Source of the DNA: Eledone cirrhosa
Taxonomy: Eukaryota
NCBI GenBank assembly: GCA_964016885.1
Contig: OZ024746.1
Coordinates: 50,468,001 to 50,532,000, forward strand
DNA: 64,000 bases
Direction of reading: 5' to 3'
Made by a program: the position numbers and the translations under genes. Below the pieces are notes generated by a model that saw nothing but the letters and a program-made list of their open reading frames with translations, had not been told where the DNA came from and searched no databases. How positions within the stretch are numbered: the first letter of the stretch is position 1; the number at the start of each line of letters is the position of its first letter. This document shows, in pieces, positions 25,101 through 39,000 of this stretch.

Positions 25101-27060
25101 ATAAAAAAATTGATTATTTTAGGTTTTTCACAAATTGATCATTTTACACAGTATTTCGAAAAATTGTTTTTTTTCAAAAAAGTCATTTTTTTTCGATTTC
25201 GAAAATTGATATGTATTTTGTATTTTTCAAAAATTTTTCAACGTGTCGAAACACAACGTATAAACGCATTTTTTAAAAAAAAAACATTTTTACTAAATAT
25301 TGTGTAAAGGTGAAAAACCTAAAAAAATCAATTTTAGATATCAGAAGTAAATATTTCGAAATGTATAAAAAAATTGATTATTTTAGGTTTTTCACAAATT
25401 GATCATTTTACACAGTATTTCGAAAAATTGTTTTTTTTCAAAAAAGTTTGATTTTTTTTCGATTTCGAAAATTGATATATATTTTGAATTTTTCAAAAAT
25501 TTTTCAACGTGTCGAAACACGATGAATAAACGCATAATTTTGAAAAAAAACATTTTTTCCAAATATTGTGTAAAGTGATCAATTTGTGAAAAACCTAAAA
25601 ATATCAATTTTAGATACCAGAAGTAAATATTTCGAAATGTATAAAAAAATTGATTATTTTAGGTTTTTCACAAATTGATCATTTTACACAGTATTTCGAA
25701 AAATTGTTTTTTTTCAAAAAAGTGATTTTTTTTCGATTTCGAAAATTGATATGTATTTTGTATTTTTCAAAAATTTTTCAACGTGTCGAAACACAACGTA
25801 TAAACGCATTTTTTTTTAAAAAAACATTTTTTCTAAATATTGTGTAAAGGTGAAAAACCTAAAAAAATCAATTTTAGATATCAGAAGTAAATATTTCGAA
25901 ATGTATAAAAAAATTGATTATTTTAGGTTTTTCACAAATTCATCATTTTACACAGTATTTCGAAAAATTGTTTTTTTTCAAAAAAGTTTGATTTTTTTTC
26001 GATTTCGAAAATTGATATATATTTTGTATTTTTCAAAAATTTTTCAACGTGTCGAAACAATGTATAAACGCATTTTTTTAAAAAAAAACATTTTTTCTAA
26101 ATACTGTGTAAAATGATCAATTTGTGAAAAACCGAAAAAAATCAATTTTAGAAATCAGAAGTAAATATTTCGAAATGTATAAAAAATTGATTATTTTAGG
26201 TTTTTCACAAATTGATCATTTTACACAGTATTTCGAAAAATTGTTTTTTTTCAGAAAAGTTTGATTATTTTCGATTTAGAAAATTGATATATATTTTGTA
26301 TTTTTCAAAAGTTTTTCAACGTGTCGAAACACAATGTATAAACGCATTTTTTTAAAAAAAAACATTTTTTCTAAATATTGTGTAAAGTGATCGATTTGTG
26401 AAAAACCCAAAAAAATCAATTTTAGATATCAGAAGTAAATATTTCGAAATGTATAAAAAAATTGATTATTTTAGGTTTTTCACAAATTGATCATTTTACA
26501 CAGTATTTCGAAAAATTGTTTTTTTTCAAAAAAGTGATTTTTTTTCGATTTCGAAAATCGATATGTATTTTGTATTTTTCAAAAATTTTTCAACGTGTCG
26601 AAACACAACATATAAACGCATTTTTTAAAAAAAAAACATTTTTTCTAAATATTGTGTAAAGGTGAAAATCCTAAAAAAATCAATTTTAGATATCAGAAGT
26701 AAATATTTCGAAATGTATAAAAAAATTGATTATTTTAGGTTTTTCACAAATTGATCATTTTACACAGTATTTCGAAAAATTGTTTTTTTTCAAAAAAGTT
26801 TGATTATTTTAGGTTTTTCACAAATTGATCATTTTACACAGTATTTCGAAAAATTGTTTTTTTTCAAAAAAGTGATTTTTTTTCGATTTCGAAAATTGAT
26901 ATGTATTTTGTATTTTTCAATAATTTTTCAAAGTGTCGAAACACGATAAAAAACATTTTTTCTAAAAATGATCAATTTGTGAAAAACCGAAAAAAATCAA
27001 TTTTAGAAATCAGAAGTAAATATTTCGAAATGTATAAAAAAATTGATTATTTTAGGTTTT
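12900..27060 (+). repeat. Block duplication ~12.9-18.9 kb vs ~21.3-27.06 kb (offset 8371, then 8151)
   Basis: ORF pairs 13872/22243, 14351/22722, 16406/24557, 17241/25392 and 18311/26462. The -220 offset change equals -243 +42 -19, and all three events are visible in the sequence. Confidence 0.85.
14932..15417 (+). repeat. Two tandem 243-bp short-class monomers (TCAATAATTTTTCAAAGTGTCGAAACACGATAAAAAACATTTTTTCTAAAAATGATC)
   Basis: Anchors at 14932, 15175 and 15418 are 243 bp apart. Two internal deletions relative to the 276-mer. Confidence 0.88.
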
Positions 27061-30000
27061 TCACAAATTGATTATTTTACACAGTATTTCGAAAAATTGT
27101 TTTTTTTCAGAAAAGATTGATTTTTTTCTTTCGAAATATATACTTTCTGATTTCGAAAATTGATATATATTTTGTATTTTTCAAAAATTTTTCAACGTGT
27201 CGAAACACAATGTATAAACGCATTATTTTGAAAAAAAACATTTTTTCCAAATATTGTGTAAAGTGATCAATTTGTGAAAAACCTAAAAATATCAATTTTA
27301 GATACCAGAACTAAATATTTCGAAATGTATAAAAAAATTGATTATTTTAGGTTTTTCACAAATTGATCATTTTACACAGTATTTCGAAAAATTGTTTTTT
27401 TTTCAAAAAAGTTTGATTTTTTTTCGATTACGAAAATTGATATATATTTTGTATTTTTCAAAAATTTTTCAACGTGTCGAAACACAATGTATAAACGCAT
27501 TATTTTGAAAAAAAACATTTTTTCCAAATATTGTGTAAAGTGATCAATTTGTGAAAAACCTAAAAATATCAATTTTAGATACCAGAAGTAAATATTTTGA
27601 AATGTATAAAAATATTGATTATTTTAGGTTTTTCACAAATTGATCATTTTACACAGTATTTCGAAAAATTGTTTTTTTCAAAAAAGATTGATTTTTTTTC
27701 TTTCGAAATATATACTTTCTGATATCGAAAATTGATATATATTTTGTATTTTTCAAAAATTTTTCAACGTGTCGAAACACGATGAATAAACGCATTATTT
27801 TGAAAAAAAAACATTTTTTCCAAATATTATGTAAAGTGATCAATTTGTGAAAAACCTAAAAATATCAATTTTAGATACCAGAACTAAATATTTCGAAATG
27901 TATAAAAAAATTGATTATTTTAGGTTTTTCACAAATTGATCATTTTACACAGTATTTCGAAAAATTGTTTTTTTTCAGAAAAGATTGATTTTTTTTCTTT
28001 CGAAATATATACTTTCTGATTTCAAAAATTGATATATATTTTGTATTTTTCAAAAATTTTTCAACGTGTCGAAACACAATGCATAAACGCATTTTTTTAA
28101 AAAAAACATTTTTTCTAAATACTTTGTAAAATGATCGATTTGTGAAAAACCCCAAAAAATAAATTTTAGATATCAGAAGTAAATATTTCGATGAATAAAC
28201 GCATTTTTTTGAAAAAAAACATTTCATCCAAAAAGTGATCAATTTATGAAAAACCTAAAAATATCAATTTTAGAAATCAGAAGTAAATATTTCGAAAAGT
28301 ATAAAAAAATTGATTATTTTAGGTTTTTCACAAAATGATCAATTTGTGCAAAACCGAAAAAAATCAATTTTAGATATCAGAAGTAAATATTTCGAAATGT
28401 ATAAAAAAATTGATTATTTTAGGTTTTTCACAAATTGATCATTTTACACAGTATTTCGAAAAACTGTTTTTTTTCAAAAAAGTTTGATTTTTTTTCGATT
28501 TCGAAAATTGATATATATTTTGTATTTTTCAAAAATTTTTCAACGTGCCGAAACACAATGTAAAAACGCATATTTTTGAAAAAAAACATTTTTTCCAAAT
28601 ACTGTGTAAAATGATCAATTTGTGAAAAACCGATTTCGAAAATTGATATATATTTTGTATTTTTCAAAAATTTTGCGTGTCGAAACACGATGTATAAACG
28701 CATTTTTTTAAAAAAAAAACATTTTTTCTAAAAATGATCAATTTGTGAAAAACCTAAAAATATCAATTTTAGATACCAGAACTAAATATTTCGAAATGTA
28801 TAAAAAAATTGATTATTTTAGGTTTTTCACAAATTGATCATTTTACGCAGTATTTCGAAAAATTGTTTTTTTCAAAAAAGATTGATTTTTTTTCTTTCGA
28901 AATATATACTTTCTGATATCGAAAATTGATATATATTTTGTATTTTTCAAAAATTTTTCAACGTGTCGAAACACGATGAATAAACGCATTATTTTGAAAA
29001 AAAACATTTTTTCCAAATATTGTGTAAAGTGATCAATTTGTGAAAAACCTAAAAATATCAATTTTAGATACCAGAAGTAAATATTTCGAAATGTATAAAA
29101 AAATTGATTATTTTAGGTTTTTCACAAATTGATCATTTTACACAGTATTTCGAAAAATTGTTTTTTTTCAAAAAAGTCATTTTTTTTCGATTTCGAAAAT
29201 TGATATGTATTTTGTATTTTTCAAAAATTTTTCAACGTGTCGAAACACAACGTATAAACGCATTTTTAAAAAAAAAAACATTTTTACTAAATATTGTGTA
29301 AAGGTGAAAAACCTAAAAAAATCAATTTTAGATATCAGAAGTAAATATTTCGAAATGTATAAAAAAATTGATTATTTTAGGTTTTTCACAAATTCATCAT
29401 TTTACACAGTATTTCGAAAAATTGTTTTTTTTCAAAAAAGTTTGATTTTTTTTCGATTTCGAAAATTGATATATATTTTGTATTTTTCAAAAATTTTTCA
29501 ACGTGTCGAAACAATGTATAAACGCATTTTTTAAAAAAAAAACATTTTTTCTAAATACTGTGTAAAATGATCAATTTGTGAAAAACCGAAAAAAATCAAT
29601 TTTAGAAATCAGAAGTAAATATTTCGAAATGTATAAAAAATTGATTATTTTAGGTTTTTCACAAATTGATCATTTTACACAGTATTTCGAAAAATTGTTT
29701 TTTTTCAGAAAAGTTTGATTTATTTTCGATTTAGAAAATTGATATATATTTTGTATTTTTCAAAAGTTTTTCAACGTGTCGAAACACAATGTATAAACGC
29801 ATTTTTTTAAAAAAAAACATTTTTTCTAAATATTGTGTAAAGTGATCGATTTGTGAAAAACCCAAAAAAATCAATTTTAGATATCAGAAGTAAATATTTC
29901 GAAATGTATAAAAAAATTAATTATTTTAGGTTTTTCACAAATTGATCATTTTACACAGTATTTCGAAAAATTGTTTTTTTTCAAAAAAGTGATTTTTTTT

Positions 30001-33000
30001 CGATTTCGAAAATTGATATGTATTTTGTATTTTTCAATAATTTTTCAAAGTGTCGAAACACGATAAAAAACATTTTTTCTAAAAATGATCAATTTGTGAA
30101 AAACCGAAAAAAATCAATTTTAGAAATCAGAAGTAAATATTTCGAAATGTATAAAAAAATTGATTATTTTAGGTTTTTCACAAATTGATCATTTTACGCA
30201 GTATTTCGAAAAATTGTTTTTTTTCAAAAAAGTGATTTTTTTTCGATTTCGAAAATTGATATGTATTTTGTATTTTTCAAAAATTTTTCAACGTGTCGAA
30301 AAACAACGTATAAACGCATTTTTAAAAAAAAAAACATTTTTTCTAAATATTGTGTAAAGGTGAAAAACCTAAAAAAATCAATTTTAGATATCAGAAGTAA
30401 ATATTTCGAAATGTATAAAAAAATTGATTATTTTAGGTTTTTCACAAATTGATCATTTTACACAGTACTTCGAAAAATTGTTTTTTTTCAAAAAAGTTTG
30501 ATTTTTTTTCGATTTCGAAAATTGATATATATTCTGTATTTTTCAAAAATTTTTCAACGTGTCGAAACACAATGTAAAAACGCATATTTTTGAAAAAAAA
30601 CATTTTTTCCAAATACTGTGTAAAATGATCAATTTGTGAAAAACCGAAAAAAATCAATTTTAGAAATCAGAAGTAAATATTTTGAAATGTATAAAAATAT
30701 TGATTATTTTAGGTTTTTCACAAATTGATCATTTTACACAGTATTTCGAAAAATTGTTTTTTTTCAGAAAAGATTGATTTTTTTCTTTCGAAATATATAC
30801 TTTCTGATTTCGAAAATTGATATATATTTTGTATTTTTCAAAAATTTTTCAACGTGTCGAAACACAATGTATAAACGCATTATTTTGAAAAAAAACATTT
30901 TTTCCAAATATTGTGTAAAGTGATCAATTTGTGAAAAACCTAAAAATATCAATTTTAGATACCAGAACTAAATATTTCGAAATGTATAAAAAAATTGATT
31001 ATTTTAGGTTTTTCACAAATTGATCATTTTACACAGTATTTCGAAAAATTGTTTTTTTTCAGAAAAGATTGATTTTTTTTCTTTCGAAATATATACTTTC
31101 TGATTTCAAAAATTGATATATATTTTGTATTTTTCAAAAATTTTTCAACGTGTCGAAACACAATGCATAAACGCATTTTTTTTAAAAAAAACATTTTTTC
31201 TAAATACTTTGTAAAATGATCGATTTGTGAAAAACCCCAAAAAATAAATTTTAGATATCAGAAGTAAATATTTCGATGAATAAACGCATTTTTTTGAAAA
31301 AAAACATTTCATCCAAAAAGTGATCAATTTATGAAAAACCTAAAAATATCAATTTTAGAAATCAGAAGTAAATATTTCGAAAAGTATAAAAAAATTGATT
31401 ATTTTAGGTTTTTCACAAAATGATCAATTTGTGAAAAACCTAAAAATATCAATTTTAGATACCAGAAGTAAATATTTCGAAATGTATAAAAAAATTGATT
31501 ATTTTAGGTTTTTCACAAATTGATCATTTTACACAGTATTTCGAAAAATTGTTTTTTTTCAAAAAAGTGATTTTTTTTCGATTTCGAAAATTGATATGTA
31601 TTTTGTATTTTTCAAAAATTTTTCAACGTGTCGAAACACAACGTATAAACGCATTTTTTTTAAAAAAAACATTTTTTCTAAATATTGTGTAAAGGTGAAA
31701 AACCTAAAAAAATCAATTTTAGATATCAGAAGTAAATATTTCGAAATGTATAAAAAAATTGATTATTTTAGGTTTTTCACAAATTCATCATTTTACACAG
31801 TATTTCGAAAAATTGTTTTTTTTCAGAAAAGTTTGATTATTTTCGATTTAGAAAATTGATATATATTTTGTATTTTTCAAAAGTTTTTCAACGTGTCGAA
31901 ACACAATGTATAAACGCATTTTTTTAAAAAAAAACATTTTTTCTAAATATTGTGTAAAGTGATCGATTTGTGAAAAACCCAAAAAAATCAATTTTAGATA
32001 TCAGAAGTAAATATTTCGAAATGTATAAAAAAATTGATTATTTTAGGTTTTTCACAAATTGATCATTTTACACAGTATTTCGAAAAATTGTTTTTTTTCA
32101 AAAAAGTGATTTTTTTTCGATTTCGAAAATCGATATGTATTTTGTATTTTTCAAAAATTTTTCAACGTGTCGAAACACAACATATAAACGCATTTTTTAA
32201 AAAAAAAACATTTTTTCTAAATATTGTGTAAAGGTGAAAAACCTAAAAAAATCAATTTTAGATATCAGAAGTAAATATTTCGAAATGTATAAAAAAATTG
32301 ATTATTTTAGGTTTTTCACAAATTGATCATTTTACACAGTATTTCGAAAAATTGTTTTTTTTCAAAAAAGTTTGATTATTTTAGGTTTTTCACAAATTGA
32401 TCATTTTACACAGTATTTCGAAAAATTGTTTTTTTTCAAAAAAGTGATTTTTTTTCGATTTCGAAAATTGATATGTATTTTGTATTTTTCAATAATTTTT
32501 CAGTGTCGAAACACGATAAAAAACATTTTTTCTAAAAATGATCAATTTGTGAAAAACCGAAAAAAATCAATTTTAGAAATCAGAAGTAAATATTTCGAAA
32601 TGTATAAAAAAATTGATTATTTTAGGTTTTTCACAAATTGATCATTTTACACAGTATTTCGAAAAATTGTTTTTATTCAGAAAAGATTGAATTTTTATCT
32701 TTCTGATTTCGAAAATTGATATATATTTTTTATTTTTCAAAAATTTTTCAACGTGTCGAAACACAATGTATAAACGCATTTTTTGGAAAAAAAACATTTT
32801 TTCCAAATACTGTGTAAAATGATCAATTTGTGAAAAACCGAAAAAAATCAATTTTAGAAATCAGAAGTAAATATTTCTAAATGTATAAAAAATTGATTAT
32901 TTTAGGTTTTTCACAAATTGATCATTTTACACAGTATTTCGAAAAATTGTTTTTTTTCAGAAAAGATTGATTTTTTTCTTTCAAAATATATACTTTCTGA

Positions 33001-36000
33001 TTTCGAAAATTGATATATATTTTGTATTTTTCAAAAATTTTTCAACGTGTCGAAACACAATGTATAAACGCATTATTTTGAAAAAAAACATTTTTTCCAA
33101 ATATTGTCTAAAGTGATCAATTTGTGAAAAACCTAAAAATATCAATTTTAGATACCAGAACTAAATATTTCGAAATGTATAAAAAAATTGATTATTTTAG
33201 GTTTTTCACAAATTGATCATTTTACACAGTATTTCGAAAAATTGTTTTTTTTCAAAAAAGTTTGATTTTTTTTCGATTACGAAAATTGATATATATTTTG
33301 TATTTTTCAAAAATTTTTCAACGTGTCGAAACACAATGTATAAACGCATTATTTTGAAAAAAAACATTTTTTCCAAATATTGTGTAAAGTGATCAATTTG
33401 TGAAAAACCTAAAAATATCAATTTTAGATACCAGAAGTAAATATTTCGAAATGTATAAAAAAATTGATTATTTTAGGTTTTTCACAAATTGATCATTTTA
33501 CACAGTATTTCGAAAAATTGTTTTTTTTCAAAAAAGTGATTTTTTTTCGATTTCGAAAATTGATATGTATTTTGTATTTTTCAAAAATTTTTCAACGTGT
33601 CGAAACACAACGTATAAACGCATTTTTTTTTAAAAAAACATTTTTTCTAAATATTGTGTAAAGGTGAAAAACCTAAAAAAATCAATTTTAGATATCAGAA
33701 GTAAATATTTCGAAATGTATAAAAAAATTGATTATTTTAGGTTTTTCACAAATTCATCATTTTACACAGTATTTCGAAAAATTGTTTTTTTTCAAAAAAG
33801 TTTGATTTTTTTTCGATTTCGAAAATTGATATATATTTTGTATTTTTCAAAAATTTTTCAACGTGTCGAAACAATGTATAAACGCATTTTTTTAAAAAAA
33901 AACATTTTTTCTAAATACTGTGTAAAATGATCAATTTGTGAAAAACCGAAAAAAATCAATTTTAGAAATCAGAAGTAAATATTTCGAAATGTATAAAAAA
34001 TTGATTATTTTAGGTTTTTCACAAATTGATCATTTTACACAGTATTTCGAAAAATTGTTTTTTTTCAGAAAAGTTTGATTATTTTCGATTTAGAAAATTG
34101 ATATATATTTTGTATTTTTCAAAAGTTTTTCAACGTGTCGAAACACAATGTATAAACGCATTTTTTTAAAAAAAAACATTTTTTCTAAATATTGTGTAAA
34201 GTGATCGATTTGTGAAAAACCCAAAAAAATCAATTTTAGATATCAGAAGTAAATATTTCGAAATGTATAAAAAAATTGATTATTTTAGGTTTTTCACAAA
34301 TTGATCATTTTACACAGTATTTCGAAAAATTGTTTTTTTTCAAAAAAGTGATTTTTTTTCGATTTCGAAAATCGATATGTATTTTGTATTTTTCAAAAAT
34401 TTTTCAACGTGTCGAAACACAACATATAAACGCATTTTTTAAAAAAAAAACATTTTTTCTAAATATTGTGTAAAGGTGAAAATCCTAAAAAAATCAATTT
34501 TAGATATCAGAAGTAAATATTTCGAAATGTATAAAAAAATTGATTATTTTAGGTTTTTCACAAATTGATTTTACACAGTATTTCGAAAAATTGTTTTTTT
34601 TCAAAAAAGTTTGATTATTTTAGGTTTTTCACAAATTGATCATTTTACACAGTATTTCGAAAAATTGTTTTTTTTCAAAAAAGTGATTTTTTTTCGATTT
34701 CGAAAATTGATATGTATTTTGTATTTTTCAATAATTTTTCAAAGTGTCGAAACACGATAAAAAACATTTTTTCTAAAAATGATCAATTTGTGAAAAACCG
34801 AAAAAAATCAATTTTAGAAATCAGAAGTAAATATTTCGAAATGTATAAAAAAATTGATTATTTTAGGTTTTTCACAAATTGATTATTTTACACAGTATTT
34901 CGAAAAATTGTTTTTTTTCAGAAAAGATTGATTTTTTTCTTTCGAAATATATACTTTCTGATTTCGAAAATTGATATATATTTTGTATTTTTCAAAAATT
35001 TTTCAACGTGTCGAAACACAATGTATAAACGCATTATTTTGAAAAAAAACATTTTTTCCAAATATTGTGTAAAGTGATCAATTTGTGAAAAACCTAAAAA
35101 TATCAATTTTAGATACCAGAACTAAATATTTCGAAATGTATAAAAAAATTGATTATTTTAGGTTTTTCACAAATTGATCATTTTACACAGTATTTCGAAA
35201 AATTGTTTTTTTTTCAAAAAAGTTTGATTTTTTTTCGATTACGAAAATTGATATATATTTTGTATTTTTCAAAAATTTTTCAACGTGTCGAAACACAATG
35301 TATAAACGCATTATTTTGAAAAAAAACATTTTTTCCAAATATTGTGTAAAGTGATCAATTTGTGAAAAACCTAAAAATATCAATTTTAGATACCAGAAGT
35401 AAATATTTTGAAATGTATAAAAATATTGATTATTTTAGGTTTTTCACAAATTGATCATTTTACACAGTATTTCGAAAAATTGTTTTTTTCAAAAAAGATT
35501 GATTTTTTTTCTTTCGAAATATATACTTTCTGATATCGAAAATTGATATATATTTTGTATTTTTCAAAAATTTTTCAACGTGTCGAAACACGATGAATAA
35601 ACGCATTATTTTGAAAAAAAACATTTTTTCCAAATATTATGTAAAGTGATCAATTTGTGAAAAACCTAAAAATATCAATTTTAGATACCAGAACTAAATA
35701 TTTCGAAATGTATAAAAAAATTGATTATTTTAGGTTTTTCACAAATTGATCATTTTACACAGTATTTCGAAAAATTGTTTTTTTTCAGAAAAGATTGATT
35801 TTTTTTCTTTCGAAATATATACTTTCTGATTTCAAAAATTGATATATATTTTGTATTTTTCAAAAATTTTTCAACGTGTCGAAACACAATGCATAAACGC
35901 ATTTTTTTAAAAAAAACATTTTTTCTAAATACTTTGTAAAATGATCGATTTGTGAAAAACCCCAAAAAATAAATTTTAGATATCAGAAGTAAATATTTCG

Positions 36001-39000
36001 ATGAATAAACGCATTTTTTTGAAAAAAAACATTTCATCCAAAAAGTGATCAATTTATGAAAAACCTAAAAATATCAATTTTAGAAATCAGAAGTAAATAT
36101 TTCGAAAAGTATAAAAAAATTGATTATTTTAGGTTTTTCACAAAATGATCAATTTGTGCAAAACCGAAAAAAATCAATTTTAGATATCAGAAGTAAATAT
36201 TTCGAAATGTATAAAAAAATTGATTATTTTAGGTTTTTCACAAATTGATCATTTTACACAGTATTTCGAAAAACTGTTTTTTTTCAAAAAAGTTTGATTT
36301 TTTTTCGATTTCGAAAATTGATATATATTTTGTATTTTTCAAAAATTTTTCAACGTGCCGAAACACAATGTAAAAACGCATATTTTTGAAAAAAAACATT
36401 TTTTCCAAATACTGTGTAAAATGATCAATTTGTGAAAAACCGATTTCGAAAATTGATATATATTTTGTATTTTTCAAAAATTTTGCGTGTCGAAACACGA
36501 TGTATAAACGCATTTTTTTAAAAAAAAAACATTTTTTCTAAAAATGATCAATTTGTGAAAAACCTAAAAATATCAATTTTAGATACCAGAACTAAATATT
36601 TCGAAATGTATAAAAAAATTGATTATTTTAGGTTTTTCACAAATTCATCATTTTACACAGTATTTCGAAAAATTGTTTTTTTTCAAAAAAGATTGATTTT
36701 TTTTCTTTCGAAATGTATACTTTCTGATTTCGAAAATTGACATATATTTTGTATTTTTCAAAAGTTTTTCAACGTGTAGAAACACAATGCATAAACGCAT
36801 TTTTTAAAAAAAAACATTTTTTCTAAATAATTTGTAAAATGATCGATTTGTGAAAAACCCCAAAAAATCAATTTTAGATATCAGAAGTAAATATTTCGAA
36901 ATGTATAAAAAAATTGATTATTTTAGGTTTTTCACAAATTGATCATTTTACACAGTATTTCGAAAAATTGTTTTTTTTCAAAAAAGTTTGATTTTTTTTC
37001 GATTACGAAAATTGATATATATTTTGTATTTTTCAAAAATTTTTCAACGTGTCGAAACACAATGTATAAACGCATTATTTTGAACAAAAACATTTTTTCC
37101 AAATATTGTGTAAAGTGATCAATTTGTGAAAAACATAAAAATATCAATTTTAGATACCAGAAGTAAATATTTCGAAATGTATAAAAAAATTGATTATTTT
37201 AGGTTTTTCACAAATTGATCATTTTACGCAGTATTTCGAAAAATTGTTTTTTTCAAAAAAGATTGATTTTTTTTCTTTCGAAATATATACTTTCTGATAT
37301 CGAAAATTGATATATATTTTGTATTTTTCAAAAATTTTTCAACGTGTCGAAACACGATGAATAAACGCATTATTTTGAAAAAAAACATTTTTTCCAAATA
37401 TTGTGTAAAGTGATCAATTTGTGAAAAACCTAAAAATATCAATTTTAGATACCAGAAGTAAATATTTCGAAATGTATAAAAAAATTGATTATTTTAGGTT
37501 TTTCACAAATTGATCATTTTACACAGTATTTCGAAAAATTGTTTTTTTTCAAAAAAGTCATTTTTTTTCGATTTCGAAAATTGATATGTATTTTGTATTT
37601 TTCAAAAATTTTTCAACGTGTCGAAACACAACGTATAAACGCATTTTTAAAAAAAAAAACATTTTTACTAAATATTGTGTAAAGGTGAAAAACCTAAAAA
37701 AATCAATTTTAGATATCAGAAGTAAATATTTCGAAATGTATAAAAAAATTGATTATTTTAGGTTTTTCACAAATTCATCATTTTACACAGTATTTCGAAA
37801 AATTGTTTTTTTTCAAAAAAGTTTGATTTTTTTTCGATTTCGAAAATTGATATATATTTTGTATTTTTCAAAAATTTTTCAACGTGTCGAAACAATGTAT
37901 AAACGCATTTTTTTAAAAAAAAACATTTTTTCTAAATACTGTGTAAAATGATCAATTTGTGAAAAACCGAAAAAAATCAATTTTAGAAATCAGAAGTAAA
38001 TATTTCGAAATGTATAAAAAATTGATTATTTTAGGTTTTTCACAAATTGATCATTTTACACAGTATTTCGAAAAATTGTTTTTTTTCAGAAAAGTTTGAT
38101 TTATTTTCGATTTAGAAAATTGATATATATTTTGTATTTTTCAAAAGTTTTTCAACGTGTCGAAACACAATGTATAAACGCATTTTTTTAAAAAAAAACA
38201 TTTTTTCTAAATATTGTGTAAAGTGATCGATTTGTGAAAAACCCAAAAAAATCAATTTTAGATATCAGAAGTAAATATTTCGAAATGTATAAAAAAATTA
38301 ATTATTTTAGGTTTTTCACAAATTGATCATTTTACACAGTATTTCGAAAAATTGTTTTTTTTCAAAAAAGTGATTTTTTTTCGATTTCGAAAATTGATAT
38401 GTATTTTGTATTTTTCAATAATTTTTCAAAGTGTCGAAACACGATAAAAAACATTTTTTCTAAAAATGATCAATTTGTGAAAAACCGAAAAAAATCAATT
38501 TTAGAAATCAGAAGTAAATATTTCGAAATGTATAAAAAAATTGATTATTTTAGGTTTTTCACAAATTGATCATTTTACGCAGTATTTCGAAAAATTGTTT
38601 TTTTTCAAAAAAGTGATTTTTTTTCGATTTCGAAAATTGATATGTATTTTGTATTTTTCAAAAATTTTTCAACGTGTCGAAAAACAACGTATAAACGCAT
38701 TTTTAAAAAAAAAAACATTTTTTCTAAATATTGTGTAAAGGTGAAAAACCTAAAAAAATCAATTTTAGATATCAGAAGTAAATATTTCGAAATGTATAAA
38801 AAAATTGATTATTTTAGGTTTTTCACAAATTGATCATTTTACACAGTACTTCGAAAAATTGTTTTTTTTCAAAAAAGTTTGATTTTTTTTCGATTTCGAA
38901 AATTGATATATATTCTGTATTTTTCAAAAATTTTTCAACGTGTCGAAACACAATGTAAAAACGCATATTTTTGAAAAAAAACATTTTTTCCAAATACTGT

